Of a stretch of 64,000 nucleotides of DNA, positions 38,001-55,335 are shown piece by piece. The DNA comes from Hormiphora californensis (taxonomy: Eukaryota > Animalia > Ctenophora), in assembly GCA_020137815.1 (NCBI GenBank), contig CM035357.1, forward strand, positions 5,642,001 to 5,706,000. The letters are read 5' to 3'. The notes under the pieces are model-generated. The model did no database searches, was not told the origin of the DNA, and worked only from the letters and a program-made list of their open reading frames with translations. Both the position numbers and the translations under genes were made by a program. Numbering within the stretch: the stretch's first letter is position 1; every line of letters begins with the position of its first letter.

Positions 38001-39874
38001 TACTAAGTTAACTCTGCTTAGTATTACACTAACATGCACAATACTGCACACACTGTACCTGCACTACAATGCACAACTATGGGGGGCCGGAAGGAATTCC
38101 TATTTTGGAAAATATCCAATTCCCGGTTGATGTCCTGGAGGCCCTGGATACAGGGATGTGGGTCGTTTGGTACACCGTGATCCGGCCAGGCAATGTAGTG
38201 GTATTGGATCACTGATCGCTTTGTAGTCGGCTGCAAAGGGGGGGGGGGTGTTGAGATCTTGCTATATTTTACTACATAAAACCAAAAAAACATTTCGCCT
38301 GCCAACATGTTAAAAACTGGTACTGGCATGTCCTCGACCCGCGACAGCATATTTGTAAAGAACATACCTTATTGGCTAGAACATACCTTATTGGCTAGAG
38401 CAACACGAAGTCTTCGTACGATAAAGTTGCCATCTTTCTTTTCACTTTCAAGTGTAATTGTGTACAGGCCATGTGTTACAGAGGCTGAAACCTGTAGAAA
38501 AGAGTTAGAGGGGGCTAGAAAGGCTGAAACATGTATAAAGAAGGGGGGTTGAGAGGTTGAAACCCGGGGAGTTATATGTTGGTGAAATACAACAAGTACA
38601 AGTGCTGATAGAAGCATCAAGCAGCAAGTAAATAGTAAACACTTTTTTTACACAAGCATGAACAGTAGAAAGAAATATCCAAAGTACCTGAGCAGGCCAG
38701 TATTTGAAGCACTTGTTTTTCCCTCTCTCCACCTCATTTGTAACCATTATAATGACAAGGGCCTTAGTTTGCCATGTCATCTGCCAAAAGTCTTTAGCGG
38801 TCGAGGAAAGGGTTCCCTGTGTGGCGATGTACCTGGTGGGATAGGTGGTTATATAGGGCCTAGGGGGATACCAGATGGGGTTAGGTTTAGTAAAAACTAA
38901 GATTTATATTGATTCAAATAAGTGTGGTCCCGTTTTTGTAAATTACAACTCACGTATTCTTATTATCAGGGATTGTGATATGATTCCCATTTATGTAATC
39001 CGATCCATCTTCCTCTGTCCCTGTTTCAAGCTTCACTCTGGTCTCATCAAACGGCAAAATGTTCTTGTACCTGATGTTAGAGAAGTAAAAAGTTAGGAGA
39101 GCTGTTTGAACAAATCCTCTAAATTATCTCGCAGAACCAACTTTCTACCCCTAACCTGTTTTTAGCCTTGTTCTCAGGCCTATTCCCCTGTTTCCTCTCC
39201 TTTGTCTGCCTCATATCCTGCTGTTGTAGGAACTCAAACTCCTCACTAAACCCATCCTTATTTGCAACACTCTGTGACTCCAAAGCATCCTTCCTTTCTT
39301 GAAACTACTCAGATTGACCCGGGTTGTGTTGAGTGCTGTACTGAGTTTCACTACCACCCCACAGTGGTCTACCATGCTGTATTTCTTGAAGTGCTCAACT
39401 AGGTCTTCCAGAGAATCAAACTTCTGACCACCTGAGATAATAAATAGTGAGATTTCGGGTTGAAAACAATTAACACAAAACCTGTCCTGTGTGTCCTTGT
39501 TATGACAATGAATTCTTAGAATTAAAGTTCATTAAAAAGTTCAAAAGTTCTTAGAGTTCATTGGCAAAGAGTTAAAAAGCAAACGTTTACTTTATATGCA
39601 CTTACCATCAAGATGATACTGGTTGTTAGTATTATACAACATGACATGGTATATCTCACTCCGAACTAGGGCTGATATCACATAGGCACCAATCTTACTG
39701 CTGCTCCTTCGGACCAGGAAACTCCCATCAACCTTACTTTCTAAGAGGAGCTTTTCTGCCCGAGCCGCGCTGATACTTCCGTGAAACCATCGCTCCTAGG
39801 GGTGGGGTTATGTAATTGGCAAAGATAAACAGACAGACAGACAGACAGAAAGACAGACAGACAGACAGACATTC

Positions 39875-39929
<55 letters not shown>

Positions 39930-40392
39930 GAGACAGACTGACAAACACTCACCTCCGTAGGTTCATCGAAATTAATAGGGTATCTCAGATAGATCCAGTC
40001 CCCATTTTTCTCCTTCAGTTCTCCCGGGTTTTTGTAAAAATATGTAACCAGATCAGACAGACTGGAGAAATTATCTCCGATTGAGGGATCGTAGAAATCT
40101 CCGTTGTTGAAAATTTTAATGTTCGTTACTGCACCACTTCGAAATATTGCCAACACGAAGTCACTGAAGGAAAAATAGATTATTGATTAGAATGGAAAGA
40201 TCCCGGAAAGATCCGAACTTGTATTTTCAGCACTTCATAAATGGGTCCAGACGTCAGAGTCTAACTAACTTACGAAGGATTAGAGTTGGATACCCGGACC
40301 CCAAAAGTTCCATCTTTGCCCCCATACTCGTTTCTCATCTTGTCCTCCATCTGGGCCGCTGTGATATAGGGGCTGAACCACCTTGAGGACAT
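35052..40392 (-). CDS. PTPN11: SH2-SH2-PTP tyrosine phosphatase (SHP2/SHP1 family)
   Basis: Exons 40392-40274, 40163-39953, 39795-39606, 39431-39156, 39070-38954, 38832-38688, 38491-38387, 38230-38059, 37791-37688, 35352-35263, 35114-35052. Motifs: [73 protein letters not shown] and tail SEYGNI. One base is missing at ~39297. Confidence 0.92.
35508..37646 (-). mobile_element. 5'-truncated CR1-clade LINE (RT) in PTPN11 intron 9
   Basis: Uninterrupted ~690-aa frame with [33 protein letters not shown] and LADDTKL. 3' tail of 8-bp (GATTACAA)n units, CTTA at both ends, no endonuclease domain. Confidence 0.9.
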
Positions 40393-40746
40393 GAAAATAT
40401 CCTTATCTCCCATCCTGAGTTCCCTTTTTCCTTCTCTCTCTTTTTACTATTTACATGGGCTAATAAAATCAGGGGAGAGGGTTAGTTTTGGGATTAGATA
40501 CAGGAGATCTATGTCAAGCTGAAATGTGGCAATGTGGTCAACTAGAGAGAGGACAAAAAGGAGAACGAACAACCGAACTAAAAATAGCAAAGATCGTAAG
40601 ATTGGGGCTGCAAAGAATGAGAAAAAGAAAAGAGGGAGACCGGAGAGAGAAAAGAAAGAGACAGGGAGAGATACATGGAGAGGGAGATGGAGGCCGAGAG
40701 AGAGAGAGGGAGAGAGGGAGAGAGTGAGAAGATAAGAGACAGGGAT

Positions 40747-40834
<88 letters not shown>

Positions 40835-41062
40835 TCTGAAATTCAAAGTATACAACTCGCATGTTGGATGATCTACTCAATTCGCACTTTACTGTGACAA
40901 CACACGCAGACAAATCAACACATATTAGATAAACGAACAACCAAATATAAACCAAGACCAGCTCGGTGGTTTACCATCTTTTTTAATCAGAAATTTATAA
41001 CTTATTTAAAAACATAAAGTCTCAATTGCTATAGCATCTCACCTTATAACATCTCGGATATA

Positions 41063-42169
41063 CCGCGCGGCCCAAAAAAAACTAAGGGTACGTTGGCCTT
41101 CTTTTCTCCCAGAAGTTTAATTTCGATCACTCTGATATTTTGTCACAATATTTGTATGGTTACTCATTCGAGAAATCCGGAGTTTCAAAACATAAAAGTG
41201 TGAAGTTCATGAATGAACCCAATTTTTCGTTTTTCGGGTTTTTCCAAGTTTTCTCATGGTTAAATTCGATTTTATTCCTAAAAATAGCAACCATGCATTC
41301 GAGTAAACAATAATAAATGGCAATCCGAGTTTTTATTAAAAATGAATCAAGTTTAGTTGGTGAAATAAATGATTAAAAAACGGTCATTTTTACCAAACAT
41401 CGATTTTAACCGATTTTGACAAGAAATTGGTAAATTCAGGCGCTAAAAATTCGTATGGCCATTACACTTGATCGATATTGATGTTAGCTAGAATTTCGGC
41501 TCTCTATCTAAAAATTCATTTTGACGACTGGAATGAATCCTAAATGAACTTGAAAACAAAAAAGGTATTCCAAACCGGAATTTCACAGTCGCCTTTGGGT
41601 AACGATGTCCTTTCAAACGCGACTAATTTTAGCTCAATTGGACCACCACAAGAGACACAGTGGCCTCTTTTCCGACACTAGGTCTGGCCAAGTGACCCCT
41701 ATTGGACCGCTAGCGTCATTACTAAGTGCCAATAAGCAGGTTTAACGGTCGCGTATCACGTATCACATCTGCTAATTAGGACGGTATACCGATACAGCGT
41801 CCGTTAGAATGTAAGTTCTCTTGCTAACACGTCATAATTTGATGGGGATCACATGACCCAGCCTAGGCTAGGTAAACTGGTCACTGTGATTCTTGGGGTG
41901 ATCCAATTAAGCTCAAACTGGTCGCGTTCGAAAGAAAATCGATAGCCAAACAAATTTGTAAAACTTTGGTACCAAAATATGGTCCCGTTTTCGCGTTCAT
42001 TAAATGTTCATTCGGGCGAAAAAATGAATTTTCATCCAGAGGGCTGAAACTCCGGATTCCTCGAATGAGTAACCATACAAATATTGTGACAAAATATCAG
42101 AGTGATTAAAATTAAATTTCTAGGAGAAAAGAAGGCCAACGTACCCTTAGTTTTTTTTGGGCCGCGCGG
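41063..42169. mobile_element. 1.1-kb non-autonomous Tc1/mariner-like TIR element
   Basis: TA-CCGCGCGGCCCAAAAAAAACTAAGGG... with ~125-bp TIRs ending ...GGGCCGCGCGG-TA. No ORF. Confidence 0.85.
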
Positions 42170-42345
42170 TATAAAACTCTCTCTTTCATTCTCCTAAAGT
42201 TGCGGGCTTATGACTGAATTGTAGCCCCGTAGTTCGTGGGGTCGGATACCACGCACGGTCGCGCTAGAGACTAGAGTTTGAACAAGATAACACCAATCAT
42301 GAACAGGGATGATCTCTTAATGATGTCCCTACTCACTGATCTCTA

Positions 42346-47622
<5,277 letters not shown>

Positions 47623-48118
47623 GTAAAATCTCTATTACATCCTGGTAGCTAGGGATAGAGTTAGAGATGATGAGAAATGATGAGAAATGAACTTTAGTAG
47701 GGTAAAGGTGGTAGATCTGGTTGTAAAATCTGGATAATTTGGGGTAAGAGGTACAGAGGAAACATTAGTATTAGGGACAGAAGAGGGGAAAGGAGGTATG
47801 GGAGGGAAAAGAAGAGGTTGATAAACAAAAGGATCTGCAAAATGACTCGAAACTGAGTCTCAATGTATTCTGGGTACATGTTCTGCGGTTGTAAACACAT
47901 CACACAGACTTTTAGTAATAAGTTAGGGGCCCGCGGAAAATAATATAAATTCTCCAAAGCTTTAAACCAACATAGGATACCGATAAAATACCGAAATCTA
48001 ATCTCTCTCTCATACAATAATTTAAAAATTCTAACAGATTTTTTAGGTTTCTTCTCAAAAAACTTCACCCCTAGATTTAGAAAAAAGAGGGGAGACTCTC
48101 TTGAATCTTGATAACTCT

Positions 48119-51100
48119 TCACTCAATGTTCAACACTTTTTTAACGGTGTTAACAACATTAAATGGCTGAGGGAAGGAGAATGATTCCAGGGTTTTGGCG
48201 TATGGAGTTGGGATGTCGGCTCCCGTGACTCGGAGAGGCGCTGAATCGAGATAGTGGAAGCCAGGACCTGCAGAAAAAGAAGGGGTTTTGGGTTTTGAAA
48301 AGGGTATCAAAAGTAGACAAAACTAGCGTTGTACGGTACGCTCTAATGAGATAAGCGAGTACCCCCTCCATCACCTCATGCCCCCTAAGGAATCACGCCC
48401 CCCTGAGGTGTGAATGGTGCCACTGACAACTGCAACACAATACACACAGCATCACGCTGCTATTCGTATTGTGAAAAAGATAGAACCTTACTACAAGATA
48501 GTATAGAGGTGAATAAAAGCAACGGCTATCTATATTATAATTTGGAAATTTCGCTAGCAACCGTCGTTAGGGGCGGGTTGGTTGATACTGTACGTGCAGA
48601 TGGGTACAGCGGAAGGGTGGGTTATCAAAATGCCCTTACTTGAGGCGCACCCAATGGGTGCGCTAGTGTTATACTGTGTGATTTTAAATGACTGAGACTG
48701 GTATATTGCGAATTGCGTGAAAACTATGACATCTTTCGACTTCAAATTTTGGGACATGATAAAACTAGGTTGTAGCAATTTTCTCCTAGTTTTACAGCAA
48801 ATTTCAATGTTCCTGAATGAATCTATTGCCCAAAAACCTCCTCCAACTTTACACAGTCATATCTCTGGAGTCTAATGAGATAGAGAGTTCAAATTTTTAG
48901 AAGAGACAGATAAGACGATTTCGAATGTTTTGTCTGCTTTACGAGTTGCTAGCTTTTACCATTTGTTCACAGGAACTGTTTAAAGTGATGTAACACGCTC
49001 TAATTAGGCCAAATTTAGGTCATTTTACCCCTCAAAGATCACATGTCCAGCTGCATCTAGTGGGCTAATGAGGCCTCGGACACGCATACGTCACGTGTTA
49101 CTGTAGGGCTACAGCTCTCCTTTTCCATCTTGAACCAGCAGACATGATCATGGTGTCTGGAAGTGGTAACAAGCTGTAGAAAACCAGAGTCCAGACAGAC
49201 TAGATGCTCTCTACTTCAACGTATCACTGTCTCCCTTTCTCATAATAAGGTCACGTGACTGGAATTGGGATCTCGACATGATCAAAATGTCTACAAAGCG
49301 TTCTCTCTCTCACTCTCTCTCTCACTCTCTCACACACTCTCTCTCACTCTCTCTCTCTCTCTCTCTCCCATGTCGAGATCCCAATTCCAGTCACGTGACC
49401 TTATAACGCGAAAGGGAGAGAGTGATACGTTGAAGTAGAGAGCATCTAGTCTGTCTGGTTTTCTACAGCTTGTTACCACTTCCAGACACCATGATCATGT
49501 CTGCTGGTTCAAGATGGAAAAGGAGAGCTGTAGCCCTACAGTAACACGTGACGTATGCGTGTCCGAGGCCTCATTAGCCCACTAGATGCAGCTGGACATG
49601 TGATCTTTGAGGGGTAAAATGACCTAAATTTGGCCTAATTAGAGCGTGTTACATCACTTTAAACAGTTCCTGTGAACAAATGGTAAAAGCTAGCAACTCG
49701 TAAAGCAGACAAAACATTCGAAATCGTCTTATCTGTCTCTTCTAAAAATTTGAACTCTCTATCTCATTAGACTCCAGAGATATGACTGTGTAAAGTTGGA
49801 GGAGGTTTTTGGGCAATAGATTCATTCAGGAACATTGAAATTTGCTGTAAAACTAGGAGAAAATTGCTACAACCTAGTTTTATCATGTCCCAAAATTTGA
49901 AGTCGAAAGATGTCATAGTTTTCACGCAATTCGCAATATACCAGTCTCAGTCATTTAAAATCACACAGTATATTACAGAAATGATAAACCTAGGGAACCT
50001 AAGGGTATTAAATATAGACAAGATAGCAATATGTGACGAATACAGAATGTAAAATGACGTAGGTAATTTGGACCATAATATAACGTGATTTGGAGATAAC
50101 AAAAGTGACGTATTCTTAGATCTGTAGGAAAAAAGAGGACTTGATGACAATATCATCTCACAAACAAACAAGGGGTTTCTTGTACAAGGAAGAGTACCGA
50201 AACGAATGTTTCTGTGTATGGGGTATGTGCAATCAACTGCAAAAAGAATGTAAGAGAAATGGTGTGTGTATTGAAATGGTAGGCTGACACTTGACCCCTT
50301 GGGGAGATGCCAAGTAAAGATACACTGGCCCTATCTTTTGTGGAAATATGAAATCACAAAAGAGTGTCTCGAGTGAGGGATTTCAATGTGCACATGTGCA
50401 TACGTAAGGAGCATACATAAGGAGCTCCTACCAAAAACGCAGAGCGAGCTCTCCTGATTACCATTTACCATGTTCTAAAAAATGCCCCCACTTACCCTCA
50501 GCAATGTTAGCGATAATCTCGCTGCCCACACCGCCCGTTGGCCAGCCATATTCCACAGTAACCAGATTGTTAGTCTTCATGACACTCTGTAGGACTGTGT
50601 TCATATCGAGAGGTCGCAGACTCCTTAGATTCACAACCTGGTAGGATAGGAGAGGTAACTAGTGGTAACCATTGTAACGATTGGTAACTCTATTGGTTAC
50701 CATAGTAACGATTGGTAACTACTGGTTACCATGGCAACAAACTCCATCAATCTCACCTCACATTCGACACCCCGTCCGGCCAGCTCCTCCGCAGCTTGGA
50801 GAGCAATCTGTACACCAATGGAATGGGACACAAGCGTGATATGGGAACCTGGGTAGTAGTATGTATCAGTTAGGTATGTGAACCTGGGTTATAGGTAGTA
50901 ATAGTAGTATAGTAACTAGTAGTAGTTAGTTAGGGGAGGTAAATTGGGAACGTGGGTATGTAGTTGTTGACAGATATTTGTAAAGCGGCAGCATACTCTA
51001 ACTCTGCTACAAATACATACCTTTCCTATTAATCAATTATGTCATCAATTAATTATTCTAGAGTCTGGGTTCTACTGTGGTAACTTACCTTCCCTCTCAA

Positions 51101-52759
51101 TCTTTGCCTTGCCAATGGGGATAGAGAAGTTAGGGTCCATAACCTCGTCGCTGACATCAAATGTAGTTCCATACATGATCTCGTTCTCCAGCACTACCGC
51201 TGTTAGGGGAGAGAGAAAATTTAAACATGTTGAAAAATTCCATAATAAACGTTTTTTAATATCCATATACATATCACAATTATGAGACAGTCGGTCAGGC
51301 AGTGTAAACTGTAAATGCTACCATTGTGCAGTGGAAACATACTTGGGTTTGGGTCGAAGATGGCAGCCTTCAGAAGACCCTTAGCGTCCTCTGAATTATA
51401 GGGGGACACTACCTGTAGGGGAGGTTGTTATAGTAACCATGGTAACTATCAACAGATAACCTTCATAACCTTGATAAAGAAGGAAAATGTTGAGTTGCAA
51501 TGAATGCTTCATTACAACACCTGAGTTCCCTAAATCTAATAAATAAACATACCTTGAGACCGGGAACGCTAGCGTACCATGATGCAAAGCACTGGGAATG
51601 TTGAGCGCCCACACCAGCAGCAGGTCCATTGGGTCCTCGGAATGTAATGGGACACTTCATCTGGAGAATAATAAAATTTATTTAGGTCAAAGTCTAGAAC
51701 TATAATAAAATGTATTTAGGTCAAAGTCTAGAACCATAATAAAATTTATTTAGGTCAAAGACATGTCGAGAATTATACTAGCTGTCATAAATGTCGAGAA
51801 CTGTAAAGTATAGTCGTCAAAGATTTGAAGCAGAATGATAGACAGTGAAGAAGTTATACAACTGAATAACTGCCGGCCTCAGGCCTGTGTACTGTGTGTA
51901 GCATTTCTTATGTGTGTCACGATCGTATCACATATGATTTACTGATTCGCTGTTTAGGGCTTCACGTTCTCATACTTCCACGCGGTAACCAAAGAGAGCA
52001 AGGGACAGGAATAGACAGGGAGAGATATTGGAGTCGCTTAACACTGGGTATAGTGTGCAAAGGAGACAGGCGGATAAAAGAGTAATCGAGAAAGAGAAAG
52101 ATAGAGGGGGAGAGTAAGATTATGTAACGTACCACTCCAGCAGACATGTAGTGAGCTTTTGCAGCTGAGTTCACGATATGATCAATGGCTTGCATGGCAA
52201 AGTTGAAGGTCATAAACTCGCAAATTGGTCTCAAACCGTTCTGAAAATGGACAGGAAATTAAAAAGCAAACATTGGGCTAGAAGACAGAATTTTGGGTAT
52301 CGATCATTAGATTTTTTGACAAATATTTCGGTGTTCGACACCTTGTTGTAGTACAAACTTACCAGCCCAGCGCCAACGGCAAACCCAGCAAAACCCATTT
52401 CAGTAATGGGCATGTCCATAACCCTGCTATCTCCGTACTTTCTCCAGAGACCCCTGGTAACCTTGTAGGCACCGTCATACTGTGCGACTTCCTCTCCCAT
52501 CAGGAACGTCTGAATAAGGGAGTTGTTAGATCACGTCACGGACGAATGTGCGGAGTAAAGTAAACCCTCTGTTAATAAGAGCTAAAGAAAATGATGAAAC
52601 TTATAGGAGACAGAATATCTCCCAAATGTTTCTCACCTTGTCGTCCTGCCCAATCGCTTCGTCCATCGCCATATTGAGGGCATCTCGGACTGCTAATTTC
52701 TGACCAAGGGCAGCAGAGGTCGTGCTGATACCACGACGGAGTGGCAATCGGGAGAGCAT
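48119..52759 (-). CDS. PDHB: pyruvate dehydrogenase E1 beta subunit, mitochondrial
   Basis: Exons 52759-52637, 52509-52363, 52240-52133, 51660-51553, 51412-51343, 51199-51089, 50848-50757, 50637-50496, 48267-48119. Arg-rich transit peptide, then [53 protein letters not shown] and [18 protein letters not shown]. Confidence 0.95.
48529..48666 (+). mobile_element. 138-bp mini-Helitron
   Basis: A|TCTATATTATAATTTG ... GCGCACCCA-A-TGGGTGCGC hairpin overlapping CTAG|T. The 5' end is shared with Helitron B1 (27110). Confidence 0.8.
48672..49970. mobile_element. ~1.3-kb palindromic (foldback) non-autonomous TIR element in PDHB intron 8
   Basis: TA-CTGTGTGATTTTAAATG ... CATTTAAAATCACACAG-TA. Arms of ~600 bp are near-identical around a (CT)n-rich spacer at ~49280-49368. 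Confidence 0.88.
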
Positions 52760-52974
52760 CCCTAAATAGATGCCAGATGGTCAATTCATATCAAGATTTG
52801 GGGCGGTTTTCGGTGATTTTTGGGCGGTTTTTGGCGAGTATTCGCGAATATTAGAAGAACAATACTTTATTTTGCGAAACATAAAGGTCCCTTTCGTCTA
52901 TCCCGTTAATTTGTGGTGAAAATCGGATGCATTTGGCACAGTCAGCTCAATTTTTACTTGTTTGCTTTTTTTTA

Positions 52975-54915
52975 ACGTTCTATGTAAAACCAGGTTCCTT
53001 CCGACCCATCACAATATCATCGTACATCGGAAAGATGCTTGAAAGGGTTATGGACAAAAGAATTAAAGATCTTTGTGCCATGGAATCAATACCAGATGAG
53101 GAACAAGAGGGCTTCCTACCGGCACGAAACACCACTCGCTATCTCTTCAAGCTGCTATCGACCGTACATGAAACACGCAGAAGAAAGCTGACAGCCTTTC
53201 TGTTGTGTATAGATTTCCAAAAAGCTTTTGACTCAGTTCCCCATGAATGTTTGATTGTGAAGCTCCATAAACTTGGAATCAATGGAATGCTGTTGAACCT
53301 TATCGACAACATGCTTTCACAAAGAAGTGTACGTTTGAAGATCAATGGAGTTCTTGGCCCACTCCGTAGGTGTGGAAGAGTAGGCCTTCCCCAGGGGGCA
53401 GTCCTCTCTCCCATCCTATTCATTCTCTACATCTCTGACTTACTCTGCACCAAAAATCTGCCCGAGGAGGTGAGATGTAGGACTGAAGCATTTAAGTTCG
53501 CCGACGACGGATCTGTGTTGGTTTTTGGAGACCAGACTCAATGCGAGAGAACTATGGCAATAGTTTTGGACTACATTCACAACTGGTGTCGGAAGTGGAG
53601 ACTAGCGGTGAACTGTGATAGAAATAAGACAGAGATTGTCATTATCAGACCAAGGGGTTCATCAGATGATAGTGTATTACCTCAGCAGCTGAAGCTTGGA
53701 AATAAAGTTGTCTCTTTTGCCAAGAATAGTAAAGTCCTTGGGGTTTACATTGATAGTAACCTAAATTTCATGACTCACGCTGCTGATGTACTGAAAAGAT
53801 GCTGGTTTAACTGGAACACATTAACCTCAATGACTGGTCGACTGACAGGGATTAACAGTTCGGGGCTTTCGCTACTATTCAGAACAGTAATCTTGACAAA
53901 GATCCTTTATGCAGCACCAGTTTGGTTAAGACAGCGAACGGACTTCTTCGGAGATCTTCTTTCCCGAGCACGGCTGAAGATAACAGGGGGACAAGTTCAC
54001 ATAGCCAAACCTCTGTCAGAACTCCTAGCATGCGTGCCTCCTATTGACGTTCTTGTGGAAACAGTGGTAACCAAATTTGTCCTAAAAGGCCTTGCAGCTA
54101 AAGATAATATATCAGCTAAACTACTACAAATTGAAGCGGAACAAAATCATGTGTTCTTCTGGCAGATTGCTGCTACCAAAAGATATTTGGTTTGGAAGTC
54201 GACTCAACTAGACGGTGTCCAGATCCAGGATTCTAACAGAGATTCAATCAGAACTATTAACTTGGGAAGTTTAGAGCCGGACACTTTCCTGTACTCAAAA
54301 GAGGAAATGAGACAGTACACGTGTAGTTTATGGGACCGGTCACTCAAATCATCGATTAACCATTTGACTCGAGATGACCCTTTCAGCATACTTCCTATTC
54401 ACTCTCAAGAAGAACTCGCCAACCTTATCAACTCAGAGGCCACTTTGGATTTCCCCATAATTCCAAGAAACATGTCCCGACAGAACTCATCTCAGGTCTT
54501 AGACTTTGTACATGGCAGATCCTTACGTTTTCAAGACTTCAGCTTCAGTTACCTGAGATACGAGCGATCACTTACAGTTCCCAATTGTCTTGAATGTGGC
54601 CAACTCCCAGATTCAACATTCCACAAGTTGTTTGAATGTTCTGCAATAAAAGATGTGGAAGGGCCCCGTGAGGAACTAAGGGTGATATCTTCTTATGAAA
54701 TGAACTTCCATCTTCCACTAATTTTCTCCAAAGACAAGCAGGTAAAATCGAACTTTAGACAGCTAGTAAGAGCTGTAATAGAACAATCTTTATTTGGGGA
54801 TCAACTGCTTGTGTAATGGGTTTATATTCTAATCAATTGTAAATGTATAACTGACCAACACGAGACGTACACACTGTGTACGAATCGCACTCCATGGAGT
54901 GAATTTTTAACTAAC
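52975..54915 (+). mobile_element. 5'-truncated non-LTR retrotransposon (RT + C-terminal CCHC), clade not resolved
   Basis: Open frame to 54816 with FRPITISSYIGKMLE, QEGF, IDFQKAFDSV, GLPQGAVLSPILF, FKFADD and the zinc-knuckle-like CLECGQLPDSTFHKLFEC. No endonuclease domain. Confidence 0.88.
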
Positions 54916-55335
54916 TTATTTAATCAATTTACAATATATTTTAATCACAATCATTATCTAATCAGTATTTTAATCAACATTTTATATTTTGTTTGTATGA
55001 TCTGACAGCTGAGAGAGTGTGAAAGAGACCTAGAGAGTTCCATTTTCCTCGCAAATAGGAGGACAATATTGACAGTGTCAAATTATTGTAAACAGATTTA
55101 ATAATAATAAGGAACCATAATAAAGTTCAAGAGCCTCCAAGAGCACCCAAGAGCGCACCCTATCGAAGAGAGACCACACCTGAGAGCGCACCATACCCAA
55201 AAGAGACCACATCCAAGAGCGCACCACCTCCAGAAGACACCACTTCAAGAGCGCACCACATCAAAGAGAGCTCCCCATCCAGAAGATACCACGCGCAGGG
55301 GACACCACGCGCAGAAGAGACCAGCGCGGCGTTGT

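Noticed and set aside
42200-42270. Two small hairpins downstream of RMC1 (SECIS, ncRNA or Helitron end?)
   Set aside because: No complete SECIS quartet geometry, no in-frame UGA gene on that strand, and no matching 5' end.
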